Part shown: positions 1 to 9,446 of the stretch, piece after piece
Layout: the number at the start of each line of letters is the position of its first letter
How positions within the stretch are numbered: the stretch's first letter is position 1
Virus record (IMG/VR): IMGVR_UViG_3300020375_000072
Source of the DNA: an uncultured virus (IMG/VR IMGVR_UViG_3300020375_000072)
Lineage: Duplodnaviria; Heunggongvirae; Uroviricota; Caudoviricetes
Strand: one strand, 5' to 3'
DNA: 64,000 nucleotides
Program-made: the position numbers and the translations under genes
Notes under the pieces: model-generated
What the model was told of the DNA's origin: nothing
Database searches by the model: none
The model's input: only the letters and a program-made list of their open reading frames with translations

Positions 1-2
1 CA

Positions 3-683
3 ATGATGTCTCGTTATTTGGAAGGTGGTATAGCTGCAGGGGGCGGCGTTGTTGCAGAACTGGATGCGGATGTTATTGTATCTGCCAGAGATGATATAAT
101 GAGTACTGTAGATACAGCAGGTAGAAGATGGGTTGAAATGTCTTGGTTTGCTAATGCACAAAGGGGTGGAACAGGACCCAAATTTGCAGTAGTAGAACGT
201 GAACTTAATGATTTAATAAGAGAACTTGTATTAAAACATCTTAGTCCAATACTGGGAAAAGATAGAGTACGAAGAGAATTTGAATTTGAACTTTGGAATG
301 ACATGAAAAAACACATGTCTGGAGATGGTAAAGCATTAAGATTGGTAATAAAAGATTATTTTGATGGTGTAGAGAAAATTATTAAAAAGAATTCAGAGGT
401 AATGAGTAGTATATTTTATGGTTATGCAAAATCAAAAAGACAAACAGATAGTTCATGGGATGAACAAATAGTCAATAATATTAAGATTAAAAAAATTCAT
501 TATATACCAATTAAAGTAGATAATGAAGAAGAAGATGGAAATATTGAAAATGAAGAACAGCAAGAAAATATAGATGCATTTGTTGCAAAATACAAGATAC
601 CACGAAAGAGATGGGAATATTCTTCAGAGTTAGAAATTTATACAAGAGAAGTTGTTGCAAAAGAAATTGGAAGGAAAATTTGA
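3..683 (+). CDS. hypothetical phage protein (probably 5'-partial)
   Basis: Open frame from the window edge; its stop overlaps the next ATG; no recognisable motif. Confidence 0.7.
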   Translation: MMSRYLEGGIAAGGGVVAELDADVIVSARDDIMSTVDTAGRRWVEMSWFANAQRGGTGPKFAVVERELNDLIRELVLKHLSPILGKDRVRREFEFELWNDMKKHMSGDGKALRLVIKDYFDGVEKIIKKNSEVMSSIFYGYAKSKRQTDSSWDEQIVNNIKIKKIHYIPIKVDNEEEDGNIENEEQQENIDAFVAKYKIPRKRWEYSSELEIYTREVVAKEIGRKI

Positions 684-913
684 TGAAAACATTTAAAAAT
701 CATTTAATAGAGGGTATGCCAAGAGGTATGATAGCGTCATTTGATGGCCGTGAAGGTGAAGTACAAATTTATAGAAAAGGATTAAAAGGATTTTATGGTG
801 ATGCATGGAACAAGTTTGATTTTTCAGCAAAAGATGTAAAAGAACTTAGAGACAAATTAAAAGATATGGGGGTTAATCCAGATAAACCATCTTCAGGATC
901 ATTAACACCATGA
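683..913 (+). CDS. small hypothetical protein with T4 internal-protein-like N-terminus
   Basis: ATG at 683 overlaps the upstream TGA; begins MKTFKNHLIEG; preferred over the 611 start. Confidence 0.7.
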   Translation: MKTFKNHLIEGMPRGMIASFDGREGEVQIYRKGLKGFYGDAWNKFDFSAKDVKELRDKLKDMGVNPDKPSSGSLTP

Positions 914-2142
914 AATCATTTATAAATATATTACTTGGTGAAGCAAAAACTGGTAAAAATCTACATTTAGAACACATAGAAGATGAAGTTTTAAATGGTG
1001 GAGTGGATGGGACCAGAGGTTCAATCAATTTTATTCAATCGCTTAGAGATATGTTAGCGGGTTCTTCAATGAAAAATACCTACATTACTACTAAATGGGA
1101 TGGTGCACCTGCAGTTTTTTGTGGAATTAATCCTGATAATGGTAAATTTTTTGTTGGATCAAAAAGTATTTTCAATAAAACTCCCAAAATTAATTATACA
1201 CCACAAGATATTGATAATAATCATCCTCCTGGACTTGGATCTAAGTTAAAAGTTGCTCTAGAACATTTACCAAAATTGGGAATTAAAGGTGTATTACAGG
1301 GAGATATGATGTTTGCTAAAGAGGATTTGGCAATTAAAACCATAGAAGGAGAGAGATATGTCACATTTCATCCAAATACTATAGTTTATGCAGTTCCTTT
1401 GGGTTCTGATTTGGGAAAAGAGATATTAAACTCAAAAATGGGCATTGTTTTTCATACGGAATATAAAGGTACAAAATTAGAAGATATGAAATCGTCTTTC
1501 AATATAAATATTAACAGGTTATTAAAGAATAAAGATATCTGGTTTAGAGATGCAGAATTTACTGATGCATCCGGTACAGCAAGTTTCACAGCAAGGGACA
1601 CGGAGACTATTACTAAAATTCTTTCTTCTGTAGGGAGAACTTTTCAAAACATATCAGCGAATACGCTAAACATGATAGCTGATGATTCTGAAATTAATAC
1701 AATTATAAAAACTTTTAATAATAGCAAAATAAAAACAGGACAACAAATAAGAAATACAAGAACACATGTGACACAATTGATAAGATATATAGAAAATAAA
1801 TACGATAAAGATATTAATAAATTAAAAACTGATGCATCTAAAGATAAAAAAACACAACGGAAAAATGAGTTTTTGAAGTTCTTCCTACAGAAGAAAGTTG
1901 ATTTAGGAAAAATATTCGATTTAATGAATATGTTAATTGATGCTAAAATGATGATAATATCTAAATTGGAAAATATGGAACAATTAACGCAAACTTTTGT
2001 TAAAGATGGTGCTGGTTATAAAGTAACTGCTCCAGAGGGGTTTGTGGCGGTAGATCAAATAAAAGGTGGAGCAGTCAAATTGGTTGACCGGCTAGAATTT
2101 TCAAGAAATAATTTTAATGTAGAACTAAAGAATTGGAGCTAA
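910..2142 (+). CDS. conserved T4-like phage protein (DUF6267-like)
   Basis: KNLHLEHIED, TTKWDGAPAVFCG, PEGFVAVD and KLVDRLEFSRNNF motifs typical of this marine T4-like family. Confidence 0.8.
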   Translation: MKSFINILLGEAKTGKNLHLEHIEDEVLNGGVDGTRGSINFIQSLRDMLAGSSMKNTYITTKWDGAPAVFCGINPDNGKFFVGSKSIFNKTPKINYTPQDIDNNHPPGLGSKLKVALEHLPKLGIKGVLQGDMMFAKEDLAIKTIEGERYVTFHPNTIVYAVPLGSDLGKEILNSKMGIVFHTEYKGTKLEDMKSSFNININRLLKNKDIWFRDAEFTDASGTASFTARDTETITKILSSVGRTFQNISANTLNMIADDSEINTIIKTFNNSKIKTGQQIRNTRTHVTQLIRYIENKYDKDINKLKTDASKDKKTQRKNEFLKFFLQKKVDLGKIFDLMNMLIDAKMMIISKLENMEQLTQTFVKDGAGYKVTAPEGFVAVDQIKGGAVKLVDRLEFSRNNFNVELKNWS

Positions 2143-2145
2143 TAA

Positions 2146-3138
2146 ATGGATAGTTTAACACAAACGTCTTATAAAGTGATGATAGACGAAGAAGAAGGTA
2201 TGTCTACAAAATTAAGACAGCTGGTTATGGCTGGATTAATTCAAGACAAAAAGGATTTACCTTATTTTAAGTCAGCACTGAAAAAAATTAAAGGCGGGAC
2301 AATAACAACCGTTGTGGAAAGACAAATTTTAATAAATGTCCTTCAACAATTTTTAGGTATGGTTGATGAAGCTCCTGAATTTTTTAATTTGTTAAGAAGA
2401 CAATTATCAAAGAGCAAGAATAAGAAAAAAGAAGTAAAGAAGGAAGAGTTTGAATTAGCTTTTGAACAAGTTGCGAAAAGACGGGCGGATAAAAGAAATT
2501 CAGAAACGTCTCCACATAAACAAGGAAGTTCTGATGAAGGTACTCCTGGACAAGTAAATGAGGATGATCAAGAAAGGGCACGGGATGCGTGGTATAAGGG
2601 GGATGATCATTTTGCACAACACAAAATAGCAAACCCCAGTGTGCATAAAAAAGTACCCGTTAAGAAAAGGGGAATGGATATACCTAAAGGACATCTACCT
2701 CCAGATAAGCAAGAAAGAGATCGTGCTGCGTTTTATGCGAAAAAAGAAGGTGTAGAAATACCAGATAATGTAGGCCATTCAACAAAAATAAAAAAGAAGG
2801 CAGGTTCCGCTACTACTATAGCTGTGAAAGATCCTGACTATAAAGAAAGTGTAGATTATGGATTTACTTCATTTAAAGAGTGGCGAGCACAGAAGTCTAA
2901 AGACGCAGAACCCGTTGGTGAAGGGATCACCGGTGATGATGATGCGAATGAAAGAGCGTTAGATAAAAACCGCGCTATGGCAAAGAAGTATGGCCAAGTT
3001 CGACAGGGTATTCCTCCTGAAGACAAAGAAAAAAAGAAAGCACCGCCAAAAACAAGAGAATGGAAGGATAAAGAAAATGCTTGGAGAAGGGCACAAAGAG
3101 CAAATCGTAAAGCTTCCGGAATTGTCAGACAGGATTGA
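2146..3138 (+). CDS. charged hypothetical protein, possible head-internal protein
   Basis: 330-aa ORF with GGAG RBS; K/E/D-rich low complexity. Confidence 0.7.
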   Translation: MDSLTQTSYKVMIDEEEGMSTKLRQLVMAGLIQDKKDLPYFKSALKKIKGGTITTVVERQILINVLQQFLGMVDEAPEFFNLLRRQLSKSKNKKKEVKKEEFELAFEQVAKRRADKRNSETSPHKQGSSDEGTPGQVNEDDQERARDAWYKGDDHFAQHKIANPSVHKKVPVKKRGMDIPKGHLPPDKQERDRAAFYAKKEGVEIPDNVGHSTKIKKKAGSATTIAVKDPDYKESVDYGFTSFKEWRAQKSKDAEPVGEGITGDDDANERALDKNRAMAKKYGQVRQGIPPEDKEKKKAPPKTREWKDKENAWRRAQRANRKASGIVRQD

Positions 3139-3141
3139 AAT

Positions 3142-3744
3142 ATGGGTCAAAGATTCTCAGAATATTTGAAAAAAGAAGACGATAAAATTGATGAAATGTC
3201 TAAAGACATGCTTTATAGAGCCGCTAGAAAAGCAGAAGTACAAGGAAGGGAGCCTAACAGTACTGGCGCAAATTATAGCATGAAGACCCCCGAAGTAAGA
3301 AAAAAACGAAGAGGACAAGCTGTAAAATTTGTTAAAGGAATGGCTAAAAAAGAATTTGGTGAAGCAAGTACTTACAGAGATAGAAGAAGAGAAGATGAAA
3401 AAGAAAAGAAAAAGCATGGAAAGAAACCACAAAGTCAAAAGGGCAGTCGTTGGGGATCTGGTGGATATGGTAAGGGGCATGAAGAAGTAGAAACAGACAA
3501 AGAGGGAAATTTTAAAGATTTTAAATCATTCTTTGAGGGAATGGGTAAGAGTCAAAATTATGGAGTTGTAAAAATAGAAGGAAAACCTGAGAGAATTCCA
3601 CAACATTCTTCAGGAGAAATTGTTTTCCTTGGCAATAAAAGGGTAGCATCAAAACATTTAAAACAACTTAAAAAAGATGGCAATAATGGGTATTTGTCTT
3701 TTGGTATGCATCAGAAAATTGGAGATAAGGTTAAGGGAAAATGA
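3142..3744 (+). CDS. basic hypothetical protein
   Basis: 200-aa ORF tightly packed with its neighbours. Confidence 0.7.
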   Translation: MGQRFSEYLKKEDDKIDEMSKDMLYRAARKAEVQGREPNSTGANYSMKTPEVRKKRRGQAVKFVKGMAKKEFGEASTYRDRRREDEKEKKKHGKKPQSQKGSRWGSGGYGKGHEEVETDKEGNFKDFKSFFEGMGKSQNYGVVKIEGKPERIPQHSSGEIVFLGNKRVASKHLKQLKKDGNNGYLSFGMHQKIGDKVKGK

Positions 3745-5132
3745 AAACATATAAAAATCTCATAAAAGAAGCAAAAGGTAAGACAGGAGTATTTGTTTTT
3801 GGTAGATTTAATCCACCAACAACCGGCCATGGTCGATTGTTGGAAGGGGCAAGTAATGTAGCAAAAAGATATAATACTGAATTACATGTTTTTGGAAGTC
3901 AATCTCATGATTCTAAAAAGAATCCATTGACTAATCAACAAAAAATGAAATATATGAAGGAAATGTTTCCTAATTTTGCTAAAACTTTTTCCAGAGATAT
4001 TAATATTAAAGATGCATTAGGGGCAGCAGTACAATTAAATGATCAGTATGATAATTTATGTATGGTTGTAGGAAGTGATAGAGTTGCAGATTTTAAAAAA
4101 TTGTTAGAACAATATAATGGTAAAAAATCAAGACATGGATATTATGAATTTGATTATATTAAAGTTCATAGTGCAGGAACAAGAGATCCAGATGCAGAAG
4201 GAGTGTCAGGAATGTCTGCTTCTAAAATGAGAAAAGCGGCATCAGAAAATGATATAGAATCATTTAAAAAAGGATTACCGGAATCGATGTCAGATAGATC
4301 CGCGATGAAAATGTTGAAGGATGTTAGAAAGGGATTAAATTTAAGAGAGGCAATGTTTGATAAAGAGTGGCCAATTAGACCTGAAAGACTTACTGTTGAT
4401 AGACCAAAAAAGGATAATGAATATGTTTATTTAAATTATGAAACAGAATATTTTTCAAATATGCCTTTAGTTGAAGAATGTTTTGCAGAACTTAGAGCTA
4501 TTACATTATCACAATCAAAGCATAATGTTTATGTTGTTGAAGCGATGAAAGAAACAGATAAATTAATTAGTAATATGTTATTGTTTGAACATGGAAAAGA
4601 AGGATTAGAAGATGTTATAGAAAATTCTGTGAAAAAAATAGATAAACTTTTTGAAAATATAGAACACGATTATAATTGTTCAAAGGGGGATATTTTCAAC
4701 AGACCATTTTTATATCAAATTTTAGAATCTATAACATGGGGTCCTCATCCTGGTAAAATGGATACATCAGACACACAAGAAAATGGTAGATTTGGACAAC
4801 ATGTGGATCAGCGTGGGCCGTTGGAATGGGGAACTCCTGAGATGGTGAAATCCTATGCTGGTGATACTCCAGGACAAGATGCAGAAAAACTTCTTTATGC
4901 TACATATAAGTATAAAATGCAAAGAGATGTCACGGGAGAGGTTGATGGATATGGAACTGTTGAATTAGCACAAGAAGAAGGCCCAGTAGCAAAAGTAAAA
5001 AAAGAATATGCTAAAAAATATAAGGCTTTAATATCAGATAGAAAAGTAAATGTTGGTGGAGCAAGAGTAGATTATGCGAATAAAACATTAAAATCAGCAC
5101 AAAAATATAATTCAATTAGAATAGGACAATAA
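3741..5132 (+). CDS. phage cytidyltransferase-like (HIGH-superfamily nucleotidyltransferase) protein with C-terminal extension
   Basis: FGRFNPPTTGH, KNPL, VVGSDRV and SAGTRDPDAEGVSGMSASKMR motifs. Confidence 0.85.
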   Translation: MKTYKNLIKEAKGKTGVFVFGRFNPPTTGHGRLLEGASNVAKRYNTELHVFGSQSHDSKKNPLTNQQKMKYMKEMFPNFAKTFSRDINIKDALGAAVQLNDQYDNLCMVVGSDRVADFKKLLEQYNGKKSRHGYYEFDYIKVHSAGTRDPDAEGVSGMSASKMRKAASENDIESFKKGLPESMSDRSAMKMLKDVRKGLNLREAMFDKEWPIRPERLTVDRPKKDNEYVYLNYETEYFSNMPLVEECFAELRAITLSQSKHNVYVVEAMKETDKLISNMLLFEHGKEGLEDVIENSVKKIDKLFENIEHDYNCSKGDIFNRPFLYQILESITWGPHPGKMDTSDTQENGRFGQHVDQRGPLEWGTPEMVKSYAGDTPGQDAEKLLYATYKYKMQRDVTGEVDGYGTVELAQEEGPVAKVKKEYAKKYKALISDRKVNVGGARVDYANKTLKSAQKYNSIRIGQ

Positions 5133-5133
5133 T

Positions 5134-6495
5134 ATGTCAAGTTTAGATGAATCTATTGTACAAGTTTTAACAGTTGGTGGGAATAATATAAGTGGAACTG
5201 CTAAAGTTCAACCATTAACTATAACTGGTGGACCCCCTTGGTTAAAGCAACAAGTTACAGAAGAAGCACCTAAAGAAGAAAAAAAAGGAATAGATCCCGC
5301 TGTTAGAGATGCATTAGAACAGATTGCTAAAGGTAAAACTTATGATGAATGGGCAAAAGAAACTGATGCGAGTCCAGAAGTAAAAGATGAAGTAATGAAA
5401 AGAATAGAAGCTGAAGGAGAAGTACCCGAAGAAGAACCAGAAGGTGATGAAGCAGAACAACACGCAGGTCCTTCACATGATAAGGATCATATTACTAAAG
5501 CTATGTTTGATACATTACCAGATGATGAAAAGGCGGGGCACCACGATGAATTACGAGCCTCAATGAAACATCATGGAATTAAAAATGGTGAAGAAGAAGG
5601 TGAAGAAGAAAGTGAAGAGGAAGGTGGAGAAGAAGAACCAATGGATTATGAAATACAAGATGGTGAAGGAGAAGAAGAAGCACCAGCACCAAAAGAAAAA
5701 CCAGAACCAAAAATGAAACTTTCTAAGAAAAAGGAAAAAGTGACTGTTAATCCTAAACTCGAACAAAAATCGCACAATAGAAAAAAGTTGATTGAAGATT
5801 TGAAAGAAAAAAGAAAGAAGCGGTTTAAAAATCATGTTAAATCAATCAGCAATAAAGAGGATCTTCCAGATATAGAAAAAAAAGTTGAAAAGAATATTAA
5901 TATACAACATCCAAATGATATTGAAGATCATAATAGAAAACAGGGCTATAAAGAAGAAAGAGAAGCTAGAGCAGGTTTACCGACCAGAGAATGGATCAAA
6001 AAATCATGGGCAGATCGTACGGCAAAAGCTAAAGAGAAATTGGTTAAAAAGGTTAGTCATCCAGGATATGAAGAATTTACAAATGAAGAAGCCCCTCCTG
6101 GTAGAGAACATCAAGTAAAAGCCCTAAAGAAGAAAGTTGGAACAGACAAAGCTTATGCATTTGCTTGGGCTCAACATAATAAACACGGTGAACCAGTAGA
6201 AGAAGCAAACGAAATGGAAAATGTTGTGGGTCATAGATCTACTCCATTAGAAGTTATAAAAACATTAAAAGATAAAGTTGATGCAAAAGATCCTACTGCG
6301 ATGGAAGGAAATAATTGGTCAGAATTTGAAAATGAAAGATTACAACAATTGGAAAAAATGGTTAGGCCGGGAGCCAATGTTCTAATGTTTATGGATAAAC
6401 CAGTAGGACATTATGAATTAGAAGAATATGTATTTGTTATGAGGGATAAAATACCTAAATATGTGGAGATGGGTTATAAAATAGTAGCTGAATAA
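5134..6495 (+). CDS. acidic low-complexity hypothetical protein
   Basis: 453-aa ORF with Glu-rich tracts. Confidence 0.7.
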   Translation: MSSLDESIVQVLTVGGNNISGTAKVQPLTITGGPPWLKQQVTEEAPKEEKKGIDPAVRDALEQIAKGKTYDEWAKETDASPEVKDEVMKRIEAEGEVPEEEPEGDEAEQHAGPSHDKDHITKAMFDTLPDDEKAGHHDELRASMKHHGIKNGEEEGEEESEEEGGEEEPMDYEIQDGEGEEEAPAPKEKPEPKMKLSKKKEKVTVNPKLEQKSHNRKKLIEDLKEKRKKRFKNHVKSISNKEDLPDIEKKVEKNINIQHPNDIEDHNRKQGYKEEREARAGLPTREWIKKSWADRTAKAKEKLVKKVSHPGYEEFTNEEAPPGREHQVKALKKKVGTDKAYAFAWAQHNKHGEPVEEANEMENVVGHRSTPLEVIKTLKDKVDAKDPTAMEGNNWSEFENERLQQLEKMVRPGANVLMFMDKPVGHYELEEYVFVMRDKIPKYVEMGYKIVAE

Positions 6496-6509
6496 TTAAA
6501 GGAGTTAAT

Positions 6510-6713
6510 ATGGCTGAACATGGTAAAAAACATCATCATAAACATGAACACGATAAACACGAACGCAGCGCTGAACATTCTGTAAAAGAGCATGTTAAAG
6601 AAGCTGTAAAGGAAGTCAAAAAGACAGTTCGTGCAGATGGCGGCAAAGCACAAAAACTTGGTTTTAAATCGCCTCAAGCCTATCAAAGATTTTTAGATAA
6701 GTTTGGTTCTTAA
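6510..6713 (+). CDS. small His-rich protein
   Basis: AAGGAG RBS; 9 His in the first 28 residues. Confidence 0.75.
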   Translation: MAEHGKKHHHKHEHDKHERSAEHSVKEHVKEAVKEVKKTVRADGGKAQKLGFKSPQAYQRFLDKFGS

Positions 6714-6732
6714 TAATTAAAGGAGAAAAGAT

Positions 6733-7047
6733 ATGTCTTTATGGACAATGGACGACAATGAGGGGTCGAAGCCTCGCTGGATTGCTAATTCAACAAATTA
6801 CACTACAAGTTCTGTTGTAGTACACGATCATGATAACGGTGCACACCAATTACCAGGAAATACCGCCGCTATTTTTGGTGTAGATTCCACAGAAACAACT
6901 GTAGGTAATGCTGCCGGTATGGGAATTGCTCATGGTGGTTGGGTAAAGAAAATTACTAAGGGTTCGAGAGTTCAATATGAAACTCTAGTTGCTTCTGGTT
7001 CAATTACTGGTGATGCAGCAGACGATGCAACATTTGCTGACAGTTAA
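6733..7047 (+). CDS. conserved T4-like small virion protein
   Basis: AAGGAG RBS; MSLW start with HGGWV and RVQYETLVA motifs. Confidence 0.7.
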   Translation: MSLWTMDDNEGSKPRWIANSTNYTTSSVVVHDHDNGAHQLPGNTAAIFGVDSTETTVGNAAGMGIAHGGWVKKITKGSRVQYETLVASGSITGDAADDATFADS

Positions 7048-7065
7048 TAAATAGGAGAATAAATA

Positions 7066-7359
7066 ATGGCTGATAAAAAAATAACAGACTTGACTGCTGC
7101 GACGGTGGCCAGTAAAGATGATCTAGTCATGGTTGTCGATGATCCAGCAGGAGCATCGCCAAGTAATAAAAAGATCACAATACAGAACTTTTTTAAAGTT
7201 CCGTCAAGCAATACTGGAAATGTTACCGCATATACAAATACTACTGCGGGACAGGTAGCATGGGTGACGGATGGGAACGCCGGTACGGCGACTTTGGCTG
7301 TATTTGATGGTACAAATTGGAAAGTCGTATCACAAGGATCAACCATCAGTCATAATTAA
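7066..7359 (+). CDS. small virion structural protein
   Basis: MADKKITDLTA...NKKIT N-terminus and AVFDGTNWK C-terminus typical of capsid/fibre decoration proteins; AGGAG RBS. Confidence 0.7.
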   Translation: MADKKITDLTAATVASKDDLVMVVDDPAGASPSNKKITIQNFFKVPSSNTGNVTAYTNTTAGQVAWVTDGNAGTATLAVFDGTNWKVVSQGSTISHN

Positions 7360-7390
7360 TTTTTTAACTTTTTTTTGATTATGGTATATT

Positions 7391-7603
7391 ATGAGTACAA
7401 AGAATGACAGGAAAACAGTCTCTATTGAGGAGATTGAAAATAAACGAGAAGAATTGATTCAAAATAATAAAGCTCTTGCGGAAAGAATTCAACTTCTGAA
7501 CCAAGAGCATACCAATCTTACGAATCAGATTCACATGACAAACGGTGCATTAAATGTTATCAATATGCTTCTTGATGAAAAATCACAAACAAATGAAGAA
7601 TGA
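7391..7603 (+). CDS. small coiled-coil protein
   Basis: Heptad pattern; stop overlaps the next start. Confidence 0.65.
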   Translation: MSTKNDRKTVSIEEIENKREELIQNNKALAERIQLLNQEHTNLTNQIHMTNGALNVINMLLDEKSQTNEE

Positions 7604-7992
7604 TATTTTCAGATATAACAGATGGTAATATAAATTTATATGCAATGAAAGTGTATGATAATCCTCAATGTATTGATGAAGCAGAATATCATGAGGATAT
7701 GAAAAAAACTACTTATATAAAAAGATTATTTAATCATTATAGATTAACAGGTGAACTGAAATCTAGATTAATTTTAAATCATTTGATAGTTTTTACTAAT
7801 GTTTTTCCTACACGTGATGCTGCTAGGATATTATTTTTTAAAATTCATGAAGAATATTATCCAATATTAAAACCATTTTTAGTATCATTATCAATGATGC
7901 CAGATAGGATTGAGGGGATTAGAGGAAAGAATATATACTCTAGTGATATTTTTATGGATGATTACGTAATACAAGAATTAAGGAAATTATAA
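7600..7992 (+). CDS. conserved T4-like hypothetical protein
   Basis: YDNPQC, YIKRLF and RLILNHLIVFTNVF motifs. Confidence 0.8.
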   Translation: MIFSDITDGNINLYAMKVYDNPQCIDEAEYHEDMKKTTYIKRLFNHYRLTGELKSRLILNHLIVFTNVFPTRDAARILFFKIHEEYYPILKPFLVSLSMMPDRIEGIRGKNIYSSDIFMDDYVIQELRKL

Positions 7993-8744
7993 TGTCTGCA
8001 ATAACTACAGGAGTAGATTATTATCTCGCTTATCAATTCTTAAAAAAATTGACCACACCATTTAATAAAACAGAAGCCTTCAAATTAGGAATCATCGATA
8101 AAAACGGTAAAGTTTTGAGGAAGAGAAAAGAATTATCTTCTAAAGAACGTGATTCTTATAAGATAATGGATACTATTGCATTCAATTTAAAAAAATTATT
8201 ACAAAAACTTCCTGGTGGAAAAAGTAAAATAGCTTCTCTTGGTGCTGCGTTGTTTCTTATGAAAGAAGAAACAATTATTAAGGAAAGTTTTCCACAGTCA
8301 TCATTTTTTGAATATCATAGAAACAGTTTTGAAGAAGAATTTAAACAGTTTATAAATTCTCAAGAATGTTTTGATTCCTTGCAAGGAATGGCACAATATT
8401 TAAAAGAAGAAGAAGTACAAATATTATTAATTCCAGAAGATGGCCCGACAGTTGTAACAACCGGACAAGCGGGATTAGGTACTAATCCTCCTGGGCCGTC
8501 AAGAAGATTTGCTGGAGCAAAAGTCTTTAAAGTCCCAACTACAACATTTATGAGAGCGAGATTGGGAAAAAAGAAATATGCGAGATATAGAAAGATATTA
8601 GGAGAAATTGATAATGGTGAAGAAATTAGACAATATTGTTTAAAAAATTACAAAGATCCGATTGTTCTTGAAGATGAAAGAACCGGAGCGATGTTATATT
8701 TAAGATATGGAAAGGACCGTGATGTTAGCAGGCTTACTGTTTAA
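7992..8744 (+). CDS. conserved T4-like hypothetical protein
   Basis: YQFLKKLTTPF...AFKLGIIDKNG motif. Confidence 0.75.
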   Translation: MSAITTGVDYYLAYQFLKKLTTPFNKTEAFKLGIIDKNGKVLRKRKELSSKERDSYKIMDTIAFNLKKLLQKLPGGKSKIASLGAALFLMKEETIIKESFPQSSFFEYHRNSFEEEFKQFINSQECFDSLQGMAQYLKEEEVQILLIPEDGPTVVTTGQAGLGTNPPGPSRRFAGAKVFKVPTTTFMRARLGKKKYARYRKILGEIDNGEEIRQYCLKNYKDPIVLEDERTGAMLYLRYGKDRDVSRLTV

Positions 8745-9033
8745 TGTAATTTCTGGACTTGTGATGGATAAAGCACAAGATTTAGCAACAGATCATGTTG
8801 AAAAAATGATTGATTCTATAATTCCAGATGCTGCAAAAAAAGAATTAGATAAAGTAATTAAAGATGATCCCACACATGCTTTTAAGACAGCAAAAGAGGC
8901 ACTTAAAGGTGCTGTAGAAGGTAAGCTCCCCATTACTATGAAGGATGGGAAGATAATGCCAATCGAATTAAATATTAAAATTAAATATGATCCTACTACT
9001 GGGTCAATTGATGTAGAAAAAGCAGTTAAATAA
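8722..9033 (+). CDS. hypothetical protein
   Basis: AAGGA RBS precedes the ATG at 8722 (ORF track starts at 8707). Confidence 0.65.
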   Translation: MLAGLLFNVISGLVMDKAQDLATDHVEKMIDSIIPDAAKKELDKVIKDDPTHAFKTAKEALKGAVEGKLPITMKDGKIMPIELNIKIKYDPTTGSIDVEKAVK

Positions 9034-9045
9034 AGAAAGGAATTT

Positions 9046-9381
9046 ATGGCAGGAATTGAACAAACCAAAGAGGTAATGACTTTCATTTTTTCATTATCAG
9101 AAGCGGTGGAAAAATCCTTAGATGATGGTGAATTTAGTTGGTCAGATGCGAGATATTTTCTTGATCCATTAAAAAAATTAAAACCAGCATTAAATGAAAT
9201 TGATGAGGTTATTCCAGAAATAATGGATTTGGATGATGATGAACTATCTGAATTAGTTGCATATGCTAAAGATAAATTTGATTTAGATGATGATGGTGCT
9301 GAAGAAAAAGTTGAACGTGTAGTAGATTGCGGCGTTGAACTTCTTAGATTATTCACAGATTTAAAAAAATCCCCTGCATAG
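9046..9381 (+). CDS. acidic hypothetical protein
   Basis: AAGGA RBS; 111 aa. Confidence 0.7.
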   Translation: MAGIEQTKEVMTFIFSLSEAVEKSLDDGEFSWSDARYFLDPLKKLKPALNEIDEVIPEIMDLDDDELSELVAYAKDKFDLDDDGAEEKVERVVDCGVELLRLFTDLKKSPA

Positions 9382-9388
9382 AAAAGAC

Positions 9389-9417
9389 TTGACTTTTGCC
9401 CCTTTGGAGAGTATAAT
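9389..9417 (+). promoter_or_regulatory. sigma70-type (early/middle) promoter
   Basis: TTGACT (9389-9394), 17-nt spacer, TATAAT (9412-9417), intergenic upstream of primase. Confidence 0.85.
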
Positions 9418-9446
9418 TAATAATATATTCTCTGAAGGAAAAACTA

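Noticed and set aside
921..928. TATAAATA late-promoter match
   Set aside because: It lies inside a coding region of AT-rich DNA with no suitably placed downstream start, so it is likely chance.
8793..9356. 187-aa Ser-rich minus-strand ORF (and other minus-strand ORFs in the track)
   Set aside because: It overlaps two plus-strand genes that have good RBSs, and its composition is that of an antisense shadow.
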